Positions 54,633-63,938 of a DNA stretch of 64,000 bases are shown here, piece by piece. The stretch is from an uncultured virus (IMG/VR IMGVR_UViG_3300044645_001931) (taxonomy: Duplodnaviria > Heunggongvirae > Uroviricota > Caudoviricetes). The notes under the pieces were generated by a model. That model had not been told where the DNA came from, searched no databases, and was given only the letters and a program-made list of their open reading frames with translations. A program made the translations under genes and the position numbers. The DNA is taken from IMG/VR virus record IMGVR_UViG_3300044645_001931; one strand, 5' to 3'. How positions within the stretch are numbered: position 1 is the first letter of the stretch; each line of letters starts with the position of its first letter.

Positions 54633-54749
54633 ATGATCCTCTGCCCTAATTTTGTTAAACGCCTCACGACCAAGCTCAGTCTTGTTGTTGCATTACAAGC
54701 TGTTTTTATCCCTGGTCTTAGAGCAAGTTCAAATTGGGTAGGAGCATAA
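54633..54749 (+). CDS. Small peptide resembling a signal sequence (38 aa)
   Basis: MILCPNFVKRLTTKLSLVVALQAVFIPGLRASSNWVGA. Confidence 0.4.
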   Translation: MILCPNFVKRLTTKLSLVVALQAVFIPGLRASSNWVGA

Positions 54750-54753
54750 CACC

Positions 54754-55458
54754 ATGGCAGATCGTTCCTTTTACGAAAAGTTTAGACAAACGCCGGAAGC
54801 GCAAGGTCTTTTGCGCATGTTGCGTTTTGCGGAAGGAACAGAACGTGGTGGTCAAGACTCATATCGAGTCATGTTTGGTGGATCGCTTGCGCCAGATCTC
54901 AAGCAACACCCAGACAAAGTAATGAAAGGAAGAAGTACCGCTGCCGGTGCTTATCAATTCCTTACACCAACCTGGCAACAACAACAGAAGAAACTTGGCT
55001 TAGGCTCTTTTGGTCCGGTTGAGCAAGACATTGCTGCACTTGATCTTGCACGCCAACGTACCATGGGTCTTGGCGGCCTTTCTTATTTACAGAAACAAGG
55101 TTTAACACCTGAGTTTGTTGCTGCTCTTGCACCTGAGTGGGCGTCACTTCCTACGAAAGAAGGCAAGAGTTATTACGGTCAACCCGTTAAAAGTTATTCT
55201 GAATTACAGAAAACCTATCAACAAGGAAGGCAACCTCTCTCCGGCGAACAAGCACAAGGAGCAGCTACTGGGCAGGAAACATCTTCTGCCGGTTTCCTCC
55301 AAGGCTTCTTATCGGCAATGGAGGGCAGTAAACCAACAGATAAATCTCTTGGTGAATTGTTTAAAGAACAGTTGGTAGGGGAGCTTTTGTTGACGCCTGC
55401 ACAACCTCTCGCCATGAATCCATTTCAAATGTTGCTTAACATGAATCCATATGGTTAA
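54754..55458 (+). CDS. Lambda-R-like muramidase/lytic transglycosylase (GH104)
   Basis: LRFAEGT, Y.VMFGG, HP, STAAGAYQFL..TW, QD.AA and EWASLP. Confidence 0.85.
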   Translation: MADRSFYEKFRQTPEAQGLLRMLRFAEGTERGGQDSYRVMFGGSLAPDLKQHPDKVMKGRSTAAGAYQFLTPTWQQQQKKLGLGSFGPVEQDIAALDLARQRTMGLGGLSYLQKQGLTPEFVAALAPEWASLPTKEGKSYYGQPVKSYSELQKTYQQGRQPLSGEQAQGAATGQETSSAGFLQGFLSAMEGSKPTDKSLGELFKEQLVGELLLTPAQPLAMNPFQMLLNMNPYG

Positions 55459-55524
55459 ACCACGTTAGAATTGACGAATCAGTAAAAGCGCAGTAGAACA
55501 TTGAGCTCGACCGCGCTTTTTATT

Positions 55525-56115
55525 TTATTTAGGTTTTACGTGAGTTCCTCCCTTGCCGTCATGACGTTCTTTTGAGAACGCTTTATCAAGGGGCCATTCG
55601 TTGCTAAGCCGTTTTTGCATTGCCTGTGGTGTAATACCAACTTCTTTCGCCCAGTCTGCAATACACATTGTTTTACCCTCGAAGGTGTAAAGCCGTGTTG
55701 CACGTTTCCCTCCTCGATTACGCGTTTGTTCTTTTCTTGTAGCCCAACGACAGTTTTCTTTGCAATAGTTTTTGTTATTGTTGATTCTTTCTAATTCCGT
55801 TTTGGGATCTGGTTTCTCGCCCATGTCCGCTAGAAATACCGTGAAGTCTTCCCAAGCCGGATCATAGCTAATGCCACGTCCACCATAGCGTTCGTAATGA
55901 GTTGTACCAATACAATTGCAGCGGCTTTTCATTGCACACCATGAACCGTATTCTGGTGTTTTATCTCTGTTTCCACCATGTTTAAAAGAAGCGCAGTTCT
56001 TTGAGCAATAGACATACCCCCTATCTCGCAAACGCTTTCGATGCCAAGCTGCGGTATTTCCTTGGCGTTCGTAAAACTTACCACAACAAGCACACTGAAA
56101 AGTTGTTTGTGCCAT
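55525..56115 (-). CDS. HNH homing endonuclease
   Basis: W.AMKSRC, YGGRGI, ERINNNKNYCKENCRWAT..EQTRN. Confidence 0.85.
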   Translation of the reverse strand: MAQTTFQCACCGKFYERQGNTAAWHRKRLRDRGYVYCSKNCASFKHGGNRDKTPEYGSWCAMKSRCNCIGTTHYERYGGRGISYDPAWEDFTVFLADMGEKPDPKTELERINNNKNYCKENCRWATRKEQTRNRGGKRATRLYTFEGKTMCIADWAKEVGITPQAMQKRLSNEWPLDKAFSKERHDGKGGTHVKPK

Positions 56116-56164
56116 TAGAATAAGAGAAGTTTTTGGAGGCCCCTGTCAAACTAGCGTAGACAGG

Positions 56165-56956
56165 GTGTTTAGTCAAATATCTAGTACTAGCACGAACAAG
56201 CAACCCCTGCTTATTGACCGGCCGTTATTTGATTCGGTTCGGGTAACGACTCAGACTGTTGGTAGTTCTACTGCCAATACTCTCTTTGTGCAGGGCGGAC
56301 AAGCTCCATCGATTTTGGTGGATATGGACGCTGCTCTGCAAGAAGATAACAATAGTGGCGGCGTTGTTGATTCCATTACCATCAGTCGTAATGACTTCTA
56401 TCGTGGCCCAGATTACACCGTTAATGCGTCGACTTCTGGTACTGTTATATCTCTTGTCAGTGGTCAGCTTGTGTTTGTTGCTGCCACTGGGGTCTTAGCT
56501 ACTGCTCCCGGCAGTGGTTACGGTTATTACACTTACACGGGAGCAACAACTCTTACGGGCGTTAATACCGCATTAGTTTATTCGGGCGGAACCGCCAGTG
56601 GTTTTTCGTACAACGGTGTTGCCTATGGTTATCAGCCAGCGGTAACTATCGTGTTCTACCAGACTCGTGGTACGACCGTACCTATCCCAGCTTCTGGTGA
56701 TTACAAAGTACTCTTTGCCAAGACTCTTCCAGCTAACAGTGGCACTGTCGACTGCTCCGACCTGATGCCGCAACTTGCAGCTCCCGTTGCGCAAGCTGGT
56801 AACACCACTGGCTTAGGTTCCACTGCTCCTCTACGCAACAAAGGCATCTACCTGGAACGAGGCGACCGTATTTACGTTGGTGTGTTCCCTGACGGACCCA
56901 ATAGCTCTGGTTACATCCCAGGTGCTCACGTCACTGCTCAAGGCGGATTCTTCTGA
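56165..56956 (+). CDS. Putative structural (tail-like) protein
   Basis: S/T/G-rich beta-type ORF; GIYLERGDRIYVG. Confidence 0.65.
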   Translation: MFSQISSTSTNKQPLLIDRPLFDSVRVTTQTVGSSTANTLFVQGGQAPSILVDMDAALQEDNNSGGVVDSITISRNDFYRGPDYTVNASTSGTVISLVSGQLVFVAATGVLATAPGSGYGYYTYTGATTLTGVNTALVYSGGTASGFSYNGVAYGYQPAVTIVFYQTRGTTVPIPASGDYKVLFAKTLPANSGTVDCSDLMPQLAAPVAQAGNTTGLGSTAPLRNKGIYLERGDRIYVGVFPDGPNSSGYIPGAHVTAQGGFF

Positions 56957-56958
56957 TC

Positions 56959-58509
56959 ATGGCCAAAAAGAGTGGAAGCTCTTTTGGTAACTTCAACCGG
57001 TCTGAAGTCTTTGACCCGAGGCCGGTTAAACCGATCACGACTGAGTTCTCTAAAGGTTCAGTACCTGATTCCATCTACACGATTAACAGAGAATCGGCTT
57101 GGGCTCGTTGGCGTAGAGGCTACGAGCTTGCAACTGCAACGACACACAATAACGACTACACATACCAATTTCGTTACGACATTCCTAACGCCACAACAAG
57201 TGGGAATCCATCGCCTGTAGTCTCAGGTGCTTTTGTCGGTTACCCGACGACCAATAAAGACCTTGGCATGCACTGGGCCATCTGGCGTTACGCAGGCTCT
57301 GTTCGGTGCGATAAATTAACTGATCCTGTCAGCACCCAAAAACTATTCATTGAATCAGTAACAGAAGACGCTAATAACTGGTATGTGAAGCTAGCGGGTA
57401 CCTGGAGCTCAACCAACCCACTTCCTTCGCCTTTTTATATTCCAGTTCCAGGGGAACCCGACGGCTTAAAACCTGCAAACACAGAGATCTTTGAAGACCG
57501 TATTATTACGGTTGATGGCGACATCATAAACAAAGACACCATTAATCCTGCAACACAGACTAGATACGGCTACGTTCAAGCAGTTGTAATTGCAATTAAC
57601 CAAGAAACTGGAATACTGACATTTAAAAAAGCAGGTTCAGTGCAAGTAACGCCGGATGGTGTATTTGTTACGCCTTCTCCAATAGGGTTTACACCTGGGC
57701 GATTCCTTATCACAGGATCAAGATACTCCTGTACGTGTCAAGACTTCACGCGCAGAGATTATTCCTTTTTGTCTACCGCTGGTGAAAGCAACAAAAAACA
57801 ATTTCCGCGCACTGGTGTTTCCAGTATTAAACCTGGGCGTTTTGAATTAACCAAACGAGATGGCATCCTTGATAACAACGCAATGACACGCAACGATCAA
57901 AACAGATCTCTTGAAGTTATTTCGCCGGAAGGATTTGAACTTGGTTATCAAGTCACAAATGATTCAGTAGGAAGCTTCAACTCAGCAAGAGATAACCCTG
58001 GAGTCTACAGAGAGTTTGGTTCCACTTACACCAGGAGCACAAGTGACATTGCCGTCGCAGGTTCTAGGTCAGAAGGAATTCCAGGCTTTAACGATTATTC
58101 GTCTGTAACGCAGCTCACCGATACGGATTCCATTGAACAAATCACAATTACAGCAGTGGATGATAGTTGGACGCCATTGTTAGATGAATTGCGATACTGC
58201 AAACATATCTACGCACTTAAGTTTAAAGATCGATTGTTTCCACCAGAGCCTTCTGATTTTCCTGTTGGCATTGGAAGCATGGCAGCTTGGGAACAAGCCC
58301 TTGTAGCAAAATCAGAAAAAGAACAACAAAGCTTGCGTGAATTCAATGAAACAAAAAGAGCGTTGTCAAAGATGGATGTACCGCCTTACAACTGTCAATC
58401 ACCAATGATCTTTCCTATGCTGCAACGTTTGTTTAATTTTGCAACTGATCGCATTGAAATCCAAAACTTCACAATGTTTGATAAAAATGGCCTACCTTAC
58501 ACGCCATAA
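56959..58509 (+). CDS. Large protein with a split SWIM-like Zn motif
   Basis: YSCTCQDF ... YCKHIYAL, separated by ~150 aa. Confidence 0.65.
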   Translation: MAKKSGSSFGNFNRSEVFDPRPVKPITTEFSKGSVPDSIYTINRESAWARWRRGYELATATTHNNDYTYQFRYDIPNATTSGNPSPVVSGAFVGYPTTNKDLGMHWAIWRYAGSVRCDKLTDPVSTQKLFIESVTEDANNWYVKLAGTWSSTNPLPSPFYIPVPGEPDGLKPANTEIFEDRIITVDGDIINKDTINPATQTRYGYVQAVVIAINQETGILTFKKAGSVQVTPDGVFVTPSPIGFTPGRFLITGSRYSCTCQDFTRRDYSFLSTAGESNKKQFPRTGVSSIKPGRFELTKRDGILDNNAMTRNDQNRSLEVISPEGFELGYQVTNDSVGSFNSARDNPGVYREFGSTYTRSTSDIAVAGSRSEGIPGFNDYSSVTQLTDTDSIEQITITAVDDSWTPLLDELRYCKHIYALKFKDRLFPPEPSDFPVGIGSMAAWEQALVAKSEKEQQSLREFNETKRALSKMDVPPYNCQSPMIFPMLQRLFNFATDRIEIQNFTMFDKNGLPYTP

Positions 58510-58533
58510 AAAAGCTCTGCAAAATGCAGAGCC
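58507..58533 (-). terminator. Rho-independent terminator
   Basis: gctctgca/tgcagagc hairpin with a T run on the minus strand. Confidence 0.65.
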
Positions 58534-58554
58534 TTCACACATCGTTTGATGTGG

Positions 58555-58773
58555 TTATGCGGCAACAGGCATCATGCCGTTCTTTGTAAGTTGCCGTCTG
58601 ACTGCAGATACATTCCAACGGTAGCTATCCCTGGACCGGGTCTCCGGGAATGCGGCGTAGTGTGGACCCAGCTTCAGGGTGCCGTCGTCGCGGTACTTGA
58701 AGAGTGTCTTGCGGTCGATTCCAAGGAGTTCTTCAAGTTGCTGAGCAGAGACCCAGCCAGGGTGCTTAGCCAT
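58555..58773 (-). CDS. Excisionase/AlpA-like HTH protein
   Basis: WVSAQQLEELLGIDRKTLFKYR...GPHY...YRWNV. Confidence 0.7.
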   Translation of the reverse strand: MAKHPGWVSAQQLEELLGIDRKTLFKYRDDGTLKLGPHYAAFPETRSRDSYRWNVSAVRRQLTKNGMMPVAA

Positions 58774-58909
58774 TGGTTTGGCAGTCGTTACTCATACAAC
58801 TTACCGCAAGTCAAGCCGTCGTCAACGGTCTTAAGAAAAGTTTTATCTCTTTGCTGTGACCATGAAACTGTATGGGGAAATTAGAATGAATTAACGGCAA
58901 TCGAAGAGC

Positions 58910-59266
58910 ATGTTTTGCAGCCAGCACGAGCCCCTCGCCCTGCTAGTTGAATTAACACCAAAGCTTGCCAAGAAACGTTTTAGAGAAAGTATATATCAAG
59001 CCTGGGATCATAAGTGTGGTTATTGCGGCGAGGCTGCCACGAGCCTTGATCACATTATTCCACGTTTTAAATCTGGTTGTTCTAATCGTCATAACTTAGT
59101 TCCAGCTTGTAAAAAATGCAATGCAAACAAAGCATCAAGCGATATGGAGACTTGGTACAAACAACAAGAGTACTTTTCAGAAGATAAGCTGGATAGAATT
59201 AAAGCCTGGATGGATTTGTCCTATCCCAAGGTCATTGACCTAAGAGATTTTAAAGAAGCGTCATGA
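58910..59266 (+). CDS. HNH endonuclease
   Basis: CGYCG...SLDHIIP...NLVPACKKCNANK. Confidence 0.85.
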   Translation: MFCSQHEPLALLVELTPKLAKKRFRESIYQAWDHKCGYCGEAATSLDHIIPRFKSGCSNRHNLVPACKKCNANKASSDMETWYKQQEYFSEDKLDRIKAWMDLSYPKVIDLRDFKEAS

Positions 59267-61485
59267 TTCGTTTTAATGTTGTTAATGGTTCTTTGCGGCC
59301 TGTACTACCAAGTGACGCAACCGCTGACGTAGTAGAAGCAGCAGATACAATTGCGCAACGTTTAAACGCTATCCAAGGCCCTGGTGAAAACTACAAAAGT
59401 TTGATGGAGTCGCTTGATCAAGCGCTTCAAAAAAATAACAGCAACGCAAGAGATTCAATTGATGACGTAACCGTAAAAGAAATTGAAGACTTTTACGTCA
59501 AGGCAACAGGATTGAAGCCCTGGGATTCCAGTAAACAAGGGGTTGATATAAATAAGTTTGATGCAAAGTTTTATTCGAGACAGGTACCTGATTCAGTTGC
59601 AAAGTGGAATGAAGCCTCGAAAGCTGTTTCTTTTGCCGGCACAAAAATTCCAGACATTGATGTAACAAAAAAGTATTCGGATCTTGATTCTTTCCTTCAC
59701 GCCGATTACACCTTTGTTGGCGCACCGAGCGGTAAATTAGGCAAGCCAAGAACCTTGGAGCAATACCAAGAAACCCTTCGTGCTCCTACAAATCAAGAAC
59801 GTCAAGTACTCAGAGAGACGCTTCTGGGCACATCAAAAGATAAACCTCAGTCATTAGCTGAGCTTGCAACACAAGACATTGTTGACAAGCAAGGGGAACA
59901 AGTCTTTGGCGCTTTGTCAGCAGACGCCTTGAAGCAGACAATGGATGAATATGCAAAAGCACTGAAAGATCAGCAGATGTCTGATCTTTTTCAGGGCATG
60001 GGTGTGCCCAATATTAATAACATGAAACAGGACATCAAGAATGCGATTCTTGGTGACATGGGTGCCGGGGGATTTCTTGGGTTTGGTTCCAAGACTGATC
60101 TTGATAAAGGCCTTTCAAAAAGCCTAGACAAGAGTCTTGGAATTGGCTTATCTGTTCAATACAATTGGCAAAAGTGGTTTGACGAGACTCTCTCCAAGCG
60201 ATATGAAGAGATGTCGCAGATCACGACACCGGGAGAAGCAAAAGAAGCATATGAAGTTGACAAGGCATTTGCACAGTCTTTTGTGCAGGACTATTTAAAG
60301 CCTCGTTTTGATAACTCAAAGTCCATTTCTGAATTCATCAGCTATATGGACGTCAAAGAAGATGAGCAAAACGTTTTGCAAACGCAGTTAGCATCTAGTG
60401 CACTTAAGGATTTTTCAAAGCAACAAGCACAAGCATTTATCAATCAGTTAGGCGGTCAAACCCTTCAAAGAGAATTTGATCCTAACTTTTATTGGAATCC
60501 AGAGTTACTGAGTGGTACTGATGTTACAAACAAGAAGCCACTTTACGAACAGCAAAAACAATCGGTCCAGAGCGCGTGGGACGCACGCAATAGTGATGCC
60601 GCAGTAAAAGATGGTAAGCCATGGTCACAACTTGCTTATGAATATGGCATTGATCTAGAGAATAAAAATGACTTTGCCCGTTTACATTACTCAGTAATTG
60701 GTAAGGACAAATACTATGATCCGGTTGCCGATACCTATACCAGGCAAGATCTTGCCAACTTTATCCAGGGGGATCTGGCTAAAGCTTTGCAAAATAAAAA
60801 AACAGAGTTTGGCAATCCTGTATTTCTTGATTTTGTTACAGCAGAACAAAAAGCAAAAGAATTTGTTGATGCTTTAAATGTTGCAGATCTACCTGCGGAC
60901 TTAAAAAAACAACTCAATAATTTAGGTATCGATGAAAATACAGATCCAACGGAAGACGTAAAAGAAGGTTTGATGGGTATCTTGCGCACCAACCAGGCTA
61001 TTGATATTCGAGAACGTATTAAAGAACTGAATGAACAACGGATCAAGCCCACGCAAGAAAAACTAGGTTTTGGTTATATCCAGAGAGAGGGAGACGAGAA
61101 AGTTGAAGCACCTACAGGTGGCAGTGCCCTGTTTAATATCTTTCAGAAAGCAGGTTATAGCGGAAGTGAATCAGAGTTTTACACAGATTTCTTCCCTGAT
61201 GCAACTGAAGAAGATAAAAATCTTTCGGCATCGGATGTAGGTAAAGCAAGTACTGCGAAAGGAGCGCAGAACCTCCTGGGGTTTAGCATGCCAGATTTTT
61301 CAGATCCTTTTGCTGCTATTGGCTCTCTTGATAAAATGATGGCAGATGATTCAACAAAGAAAAAAGAAACATATACGCCCACACGTTCACGTTTCTTTGA
61401 TTACTTCCCAGATGAAGAAGATGAAGGTGCGCCTTCCTATTTTAATATGGGATCAGGCGGTGGCTTTGGATCTCTCTTTGGTTAG
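59263..61485 (+). CDS. Large hypothetical protein (740 aa)
   Basis: Long ORF with two FD..FY motifs. Confidence 0.75.
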   Translation: MIRFNVVNGSLRPVLPSDATADVVEAADTIAQRLNAIQGPGENYKSLMESLDQALQKNNSNARDSIDDVTVKEIEDFYVKATGLKPWDSSKQGVDINKFDAKFYSRQVPDSVAKWNEASKAVSFAGTKIPDIDVTKKYSDLDSFLHADYTFVGAPSGKLGKPRTLEQYQETLRAPTNQERQVLRETLLGTSKDKPQSLAELATQDIVDKQGEQVFGALSADALKQTMDEYAKALKDQQMSDLFQGMGVPNINNMKQDIKNAILGDMGAGGFLGFGSKTDLDKGLSKSLDKSLGIGLSVQYNWQKWFDETLSKRYEEMSQITTPGEAKEAYEVDKAFAQSFVQDYLKPRFDNSKSISEFISYMDVKEDEQNVLQTQLASSALKDFSKQQAQAFINQLGGQTLQREFDPNFYWNPELLSGTDVTNKKPLYEQQKQSVQSAWDARNSDAAVKDGKPWSQLAYEYGIDLENKNDFARLHYSVIGKDKYYDPVADTYTRQDLANFIQGDLAKALQNKKTEFGNPVFLDFVTAEQKAKEFVDALNVADLPADLKKQLNNLGIDENTDPTEDVKEGLMGILRTNQAIDIRERIKELNEQRIKPTQEKLGFGYIQREGDEKVEAPTGGSALFNIFQKAGYSGSESEFYTDFFPDATEEDKNLSASDVGKASTAKGAQNLLGFSMPDFSDPFAAIGSLDKMMADDSTKKKETYTPTRSRFFDYFPDEEDEGAPSYFNMGSGGGFGSLFG

Positions 61486-61490
61486 TACAT

Positions 61491-61763
61491 ATGGCAGATA
61501 AACGCAAGAAAGCTGCTTCTGCAGCAAAGATACATAAGGACTCAATGGAGTGCAATAAACCAAGACGTGATATACAGGGAGGTAAAAAATCCGTTGTAAA
61601 AGCTTGCGAAAACGGACAAGAAAAAATTGTGCGTTTTGGCGATGCCAATATGGAAATTAAACGCGATAATCCAGAGAGGCGTAAAAATTTTCGTGCAAGA
61701 CACAATTGTGATGAAAAGAAAAGCAAGTTAACCGCTGGCTACTGGTCATGCAAAGCCTGGTAG
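61491..61763 (+). CDS. Conserved small basic phage protein
   Basis: VRFGD.NM...ERRKNFRARHNC...AGYWSCKAW. Confidence 0.7.
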   Translation: MADKRKKAASAAKIHKDSMECNKPRRDIQGGKKSVVKACENGQEKIVRFGDANMEIKRDNPERRKNFRARHNCDEKKSKLTAGYWSCKAW

Positions 61764-61799
61764 CTTGCGTTAAAATCTTACTGTTGCTACCACAACACC

Positions 61800-61922
61800 A
61801 TGGCAAAACCCAAATCAACCACAGTCCGACTTGAGTCCAAACCGAAGCGCACCAGACAAGGGCAGGGCAGAAACTCCTTGCCTAGCCACGGCCGTAAAAA
61901 GATGAGAGGCCAAGGTAAATAA
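61800..61922 (+). CDS. Small basic peptide (40 aa)
   Basis: MAKPKS...KPKRTRQGQGRNS...KKMRGQGK. Confidence 0.6.
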   Translation: MAKPKSTTVRLESKPKRTRQGQGRNSLPSHGRKKMRGQGK

Positions 61923-61958
61923 AAATTATGTATATTGGGGATAACAATAGTTATCTCC

Positions 61959-62618
61959 ATGTCGGATTTTTCGCGTGCTATTAACCTAATTCGTAAATAC
62001 GAAGGGTTTAACGAAAAGGCATACGCAGATCCGCACACTGGCGCAGAGCCATACACCATCGGGTTTGGAACCCAGTTCTATCCCGATGGTTCCCCCGTCA
62101 AGCAAGGTCAGCGTTGCAGCCAGGAGAAAGCTCTTGCGTACCTCTTCCATGAGGTCAGCGTCATTGAGTCCCAGCTCCAGCGGCAGAACCTTGGTCTTGA
62201 CGACAACATGCGCCAGGCTCTAGTCTCGTTCATTCATTCCGTTGGTTGGGAGTCCTTCTTGTACAGCCACATCATTGATCATGTGGAAGCAGAGGATTTT
62301 GCTAGTGCCACCACGGAAATGAGCCGCTGGATCTTTGACCAAAACCATAAGGTTGTTGGTGGTCTCCTGGAACGCAGGAGAGAAGAGATGGGTCTTTTCC
62401 TTCGTGACGTAGACACCAGCCCTTGGGCATCAACAGAAGTCTTGTTGACCGCCTTCCGTAATTACAGTGCTGCTCCCCACGAAGTACGCGCAATCCGTGC
62501 TCTGGAGGAACGTATCAATCCTTACATCCTGTCTGAGTTTGCCAACAGTTTTCGTATTGATGACGACCGATGGCAGGACTTTGCCGATGAGTCCGTCGAT
62601 CTGATATTTAACGGCTAG
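61959..62618 (+). CDS. GH24 (T4-type) lysozyme/endolysin
   Basis: IRKYEG...Y.D....YTIGFG and GLLERRREE. Confidence 0.85.
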   Translation: MSDFSRAINLIRKYEGFNEKAYADPHTGAEPYTIGFGTQFYPDGSPVKQGQRCSQEKALAYLFHEVSVIESQLQRQNLGLDDNMRQALVSFIHSVGWESFLYSHIIDHVEAEDFASATTEMSRWIFDQNHKVVGGLLERRREEMGLFLRDVDTSPWASTEVLLTAFRNYSAAPHEVRAIRALEERINPYILSEFANSFRIDDDRWQDFADESVDLIFNG

Positions 62619-62642
62619 CATTAGAATAATTGCAACTAGCAA

Positions 62643-62948
62643 ATGCAGAGTGGAATGGAGCGTTCGGTCGAGCCACGGGAGTTTGAACTTCCTCTTGAGC
62701 TTCAATTTGCCATGCGCAAAGCTGAACTCCAGTCCGAGGAAATGACTTGGGAAGAGTTGCGTTTTGCTTTGTTGAGTCTCTACCACCAACGTTTGATGGA
62801 GTGGCATGCCATCAAAGACATCATGGCGTCAGAAAACATTGAGATCGACTGGGATCATCCAACCGACCTCGAATTAGCAGAACTCGCCGCTGCCTGTGGA
62901 TATCGCGACGACGACGAGGATGATGACGATGAACTTCAGCCCTTCTGA
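62643..62948 (+). CDS. Hypothetical acidic protein
   Basis: TAGAAT upstream; ELPLELQFAMRKAE. Confidence 0.65.
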   Translation: MQSGMERSVEPREFELPLELQFAMRKAELQSEEMTWEELRFALLSLYHQRLMEWHAIKDIMASENIEIDWDHPTDLELAELAAACGYRDDDEDDDDELQPF

Positions 62949-63427
62949 GCTTCGTCAAGTTGAATGAGGCGGTCCAGATACCACTGAGCTTTCTTCAGTG
63001 ATTCTGTTCCGCCTTTGTGGCGTTCACGCCAGGTGTACTTTAAATTGTTTCCCTTACAGTAACCACGGAATTCTTCGGCGGTTAAAGCTGCTTCAATGGC
63101 TTCAATGCATTCAATGCCGCCATCTGTGTAGTGAGCGGGGTGATTCACCACATCTTCTTGGGCCACAGGAGGCTTTTCTTTGGTGGCCCAGGGCACTGGG
63201 CAAACACCTCCAGGGCAGTCACTTACTTCATCTACCGGAGCAAACCACGACGTTTTGCTGACAGCATCCGTTCCTTCTCGTCCGGTTCCTCCAGTTCCAA
63301 CACCAGCGTCCTTGGTTTCGGAGATGCTCCCATCGCCAAACCCTGCTCCATTGAGGGGATATAGCCCGTCATTCCAGGCCGTTGTCCCTCGAGATTCAAC
63401 GGATTCCTTTCTAGCCCCTGCTCGCAT
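62936..63427 (-). CDS. DUF3310 (T7 gp1.7-like) protein; start uncertain
   Basis: DVVNHPAHYT..GIECIEAI...GN.LKYTWR..HKGG.ESLKKAQWYLDRLI. Confidence 0.8.
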   Translation of the reverse strand: MRAGARKESVESRGTTAWNDGLYPLNGAGFGDGSISETKDAGVGTGGTGREGTDAVSKTSWFAPVDEVSDCPGGVCPVPWATKEKPPVAQEDVVNHPAHYTDGGIECIEAIEAALTAEEFRGYCKGNNLKYTWRERHKGGTESLKKAQWYLDRLIQLDEAQKG

Positions 63428-63576
63428 GCTACTAGACCGCGATTGTACATGTCATACAATGGTACATCATTTTGCTCGTTATCGAGAGGTGCGCCAAAAT
63501 CTTCTTCATCAAGACAACGACATTTAACTTCGTCTTGTACAAAGGCGTCTAAGAAACCTGCAGCGGAATTCATCAC
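63232..63576 (-). CDS. Hypothetical protein
   Basis: 114 aa ORF. Confidence 0.6.
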   Translation of the reverse strand: MMNSAAGFLDAFVQDEVKCRCLDEEDFGAPLDNEQNDVPLYDMYNRGLVACEQGLERNPLNLEGQRPGMTGYIPSMEQGLAMGASPKPRTLVLELEEPDEKERMLSAKRRGLLR

Positions 63577-63611
63577 GGCTTTAATCGATTTAGTCCTTTT
63601 ACAATGATAAG

Positions 63612-63938
63612 ATGGCTAACCGATTTAGACCTACTTACGATCCAGGCGTCGACTCTGGTACTTCTGGAGCTGAGGTATCAGATCTTAATCCGGAACAGGC
63701 ATATGACACTGACTTGCGACGTATTGATGGAGATGCCCGTGGCTCTACTGCATCCGTTAATCGTCAGCAAGGTCGTGTAGCTAAATTCATGCGTGCCGCA
63801 AAAACCGCTGGTGAATACCAAAAACGCAACTTAGTGCGTGAACCAACCAGTGCAACGGCAGGTGATTCGGGTGGGCGTGCCGGATCTATTGGCTACGCCC
63901 GTAAACCGAAAGAGCAGTTTGGTAAAGCCTTTGGTTAA
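63612..63938 (+). CDS. Hypothetical protein
   Basis: 108 aa ORF with TACAAT upstream. Confidence 0.65.
   Translation: MANRFRPTYDPGVDSGTSGAEVSDLNPEQAYDTDLRRIDGDARGSTASVNRQQGRVAKFMRAAKTAGEYQKRNLVREPTSATAGDSGGRAGSIGYARKPKEQFGKAFG

Noticed and set aside
58555..58773. Lysogeny module implied by the excisionase-like HTH
   Set aside because: No integrase, repressor or att site visible in this window.
63232..63427. Programmed frameshift or long overlap into DUF3310
   Set aside because: No slippery site seen, and in-frame GTG codons downstream could remove the overlap.
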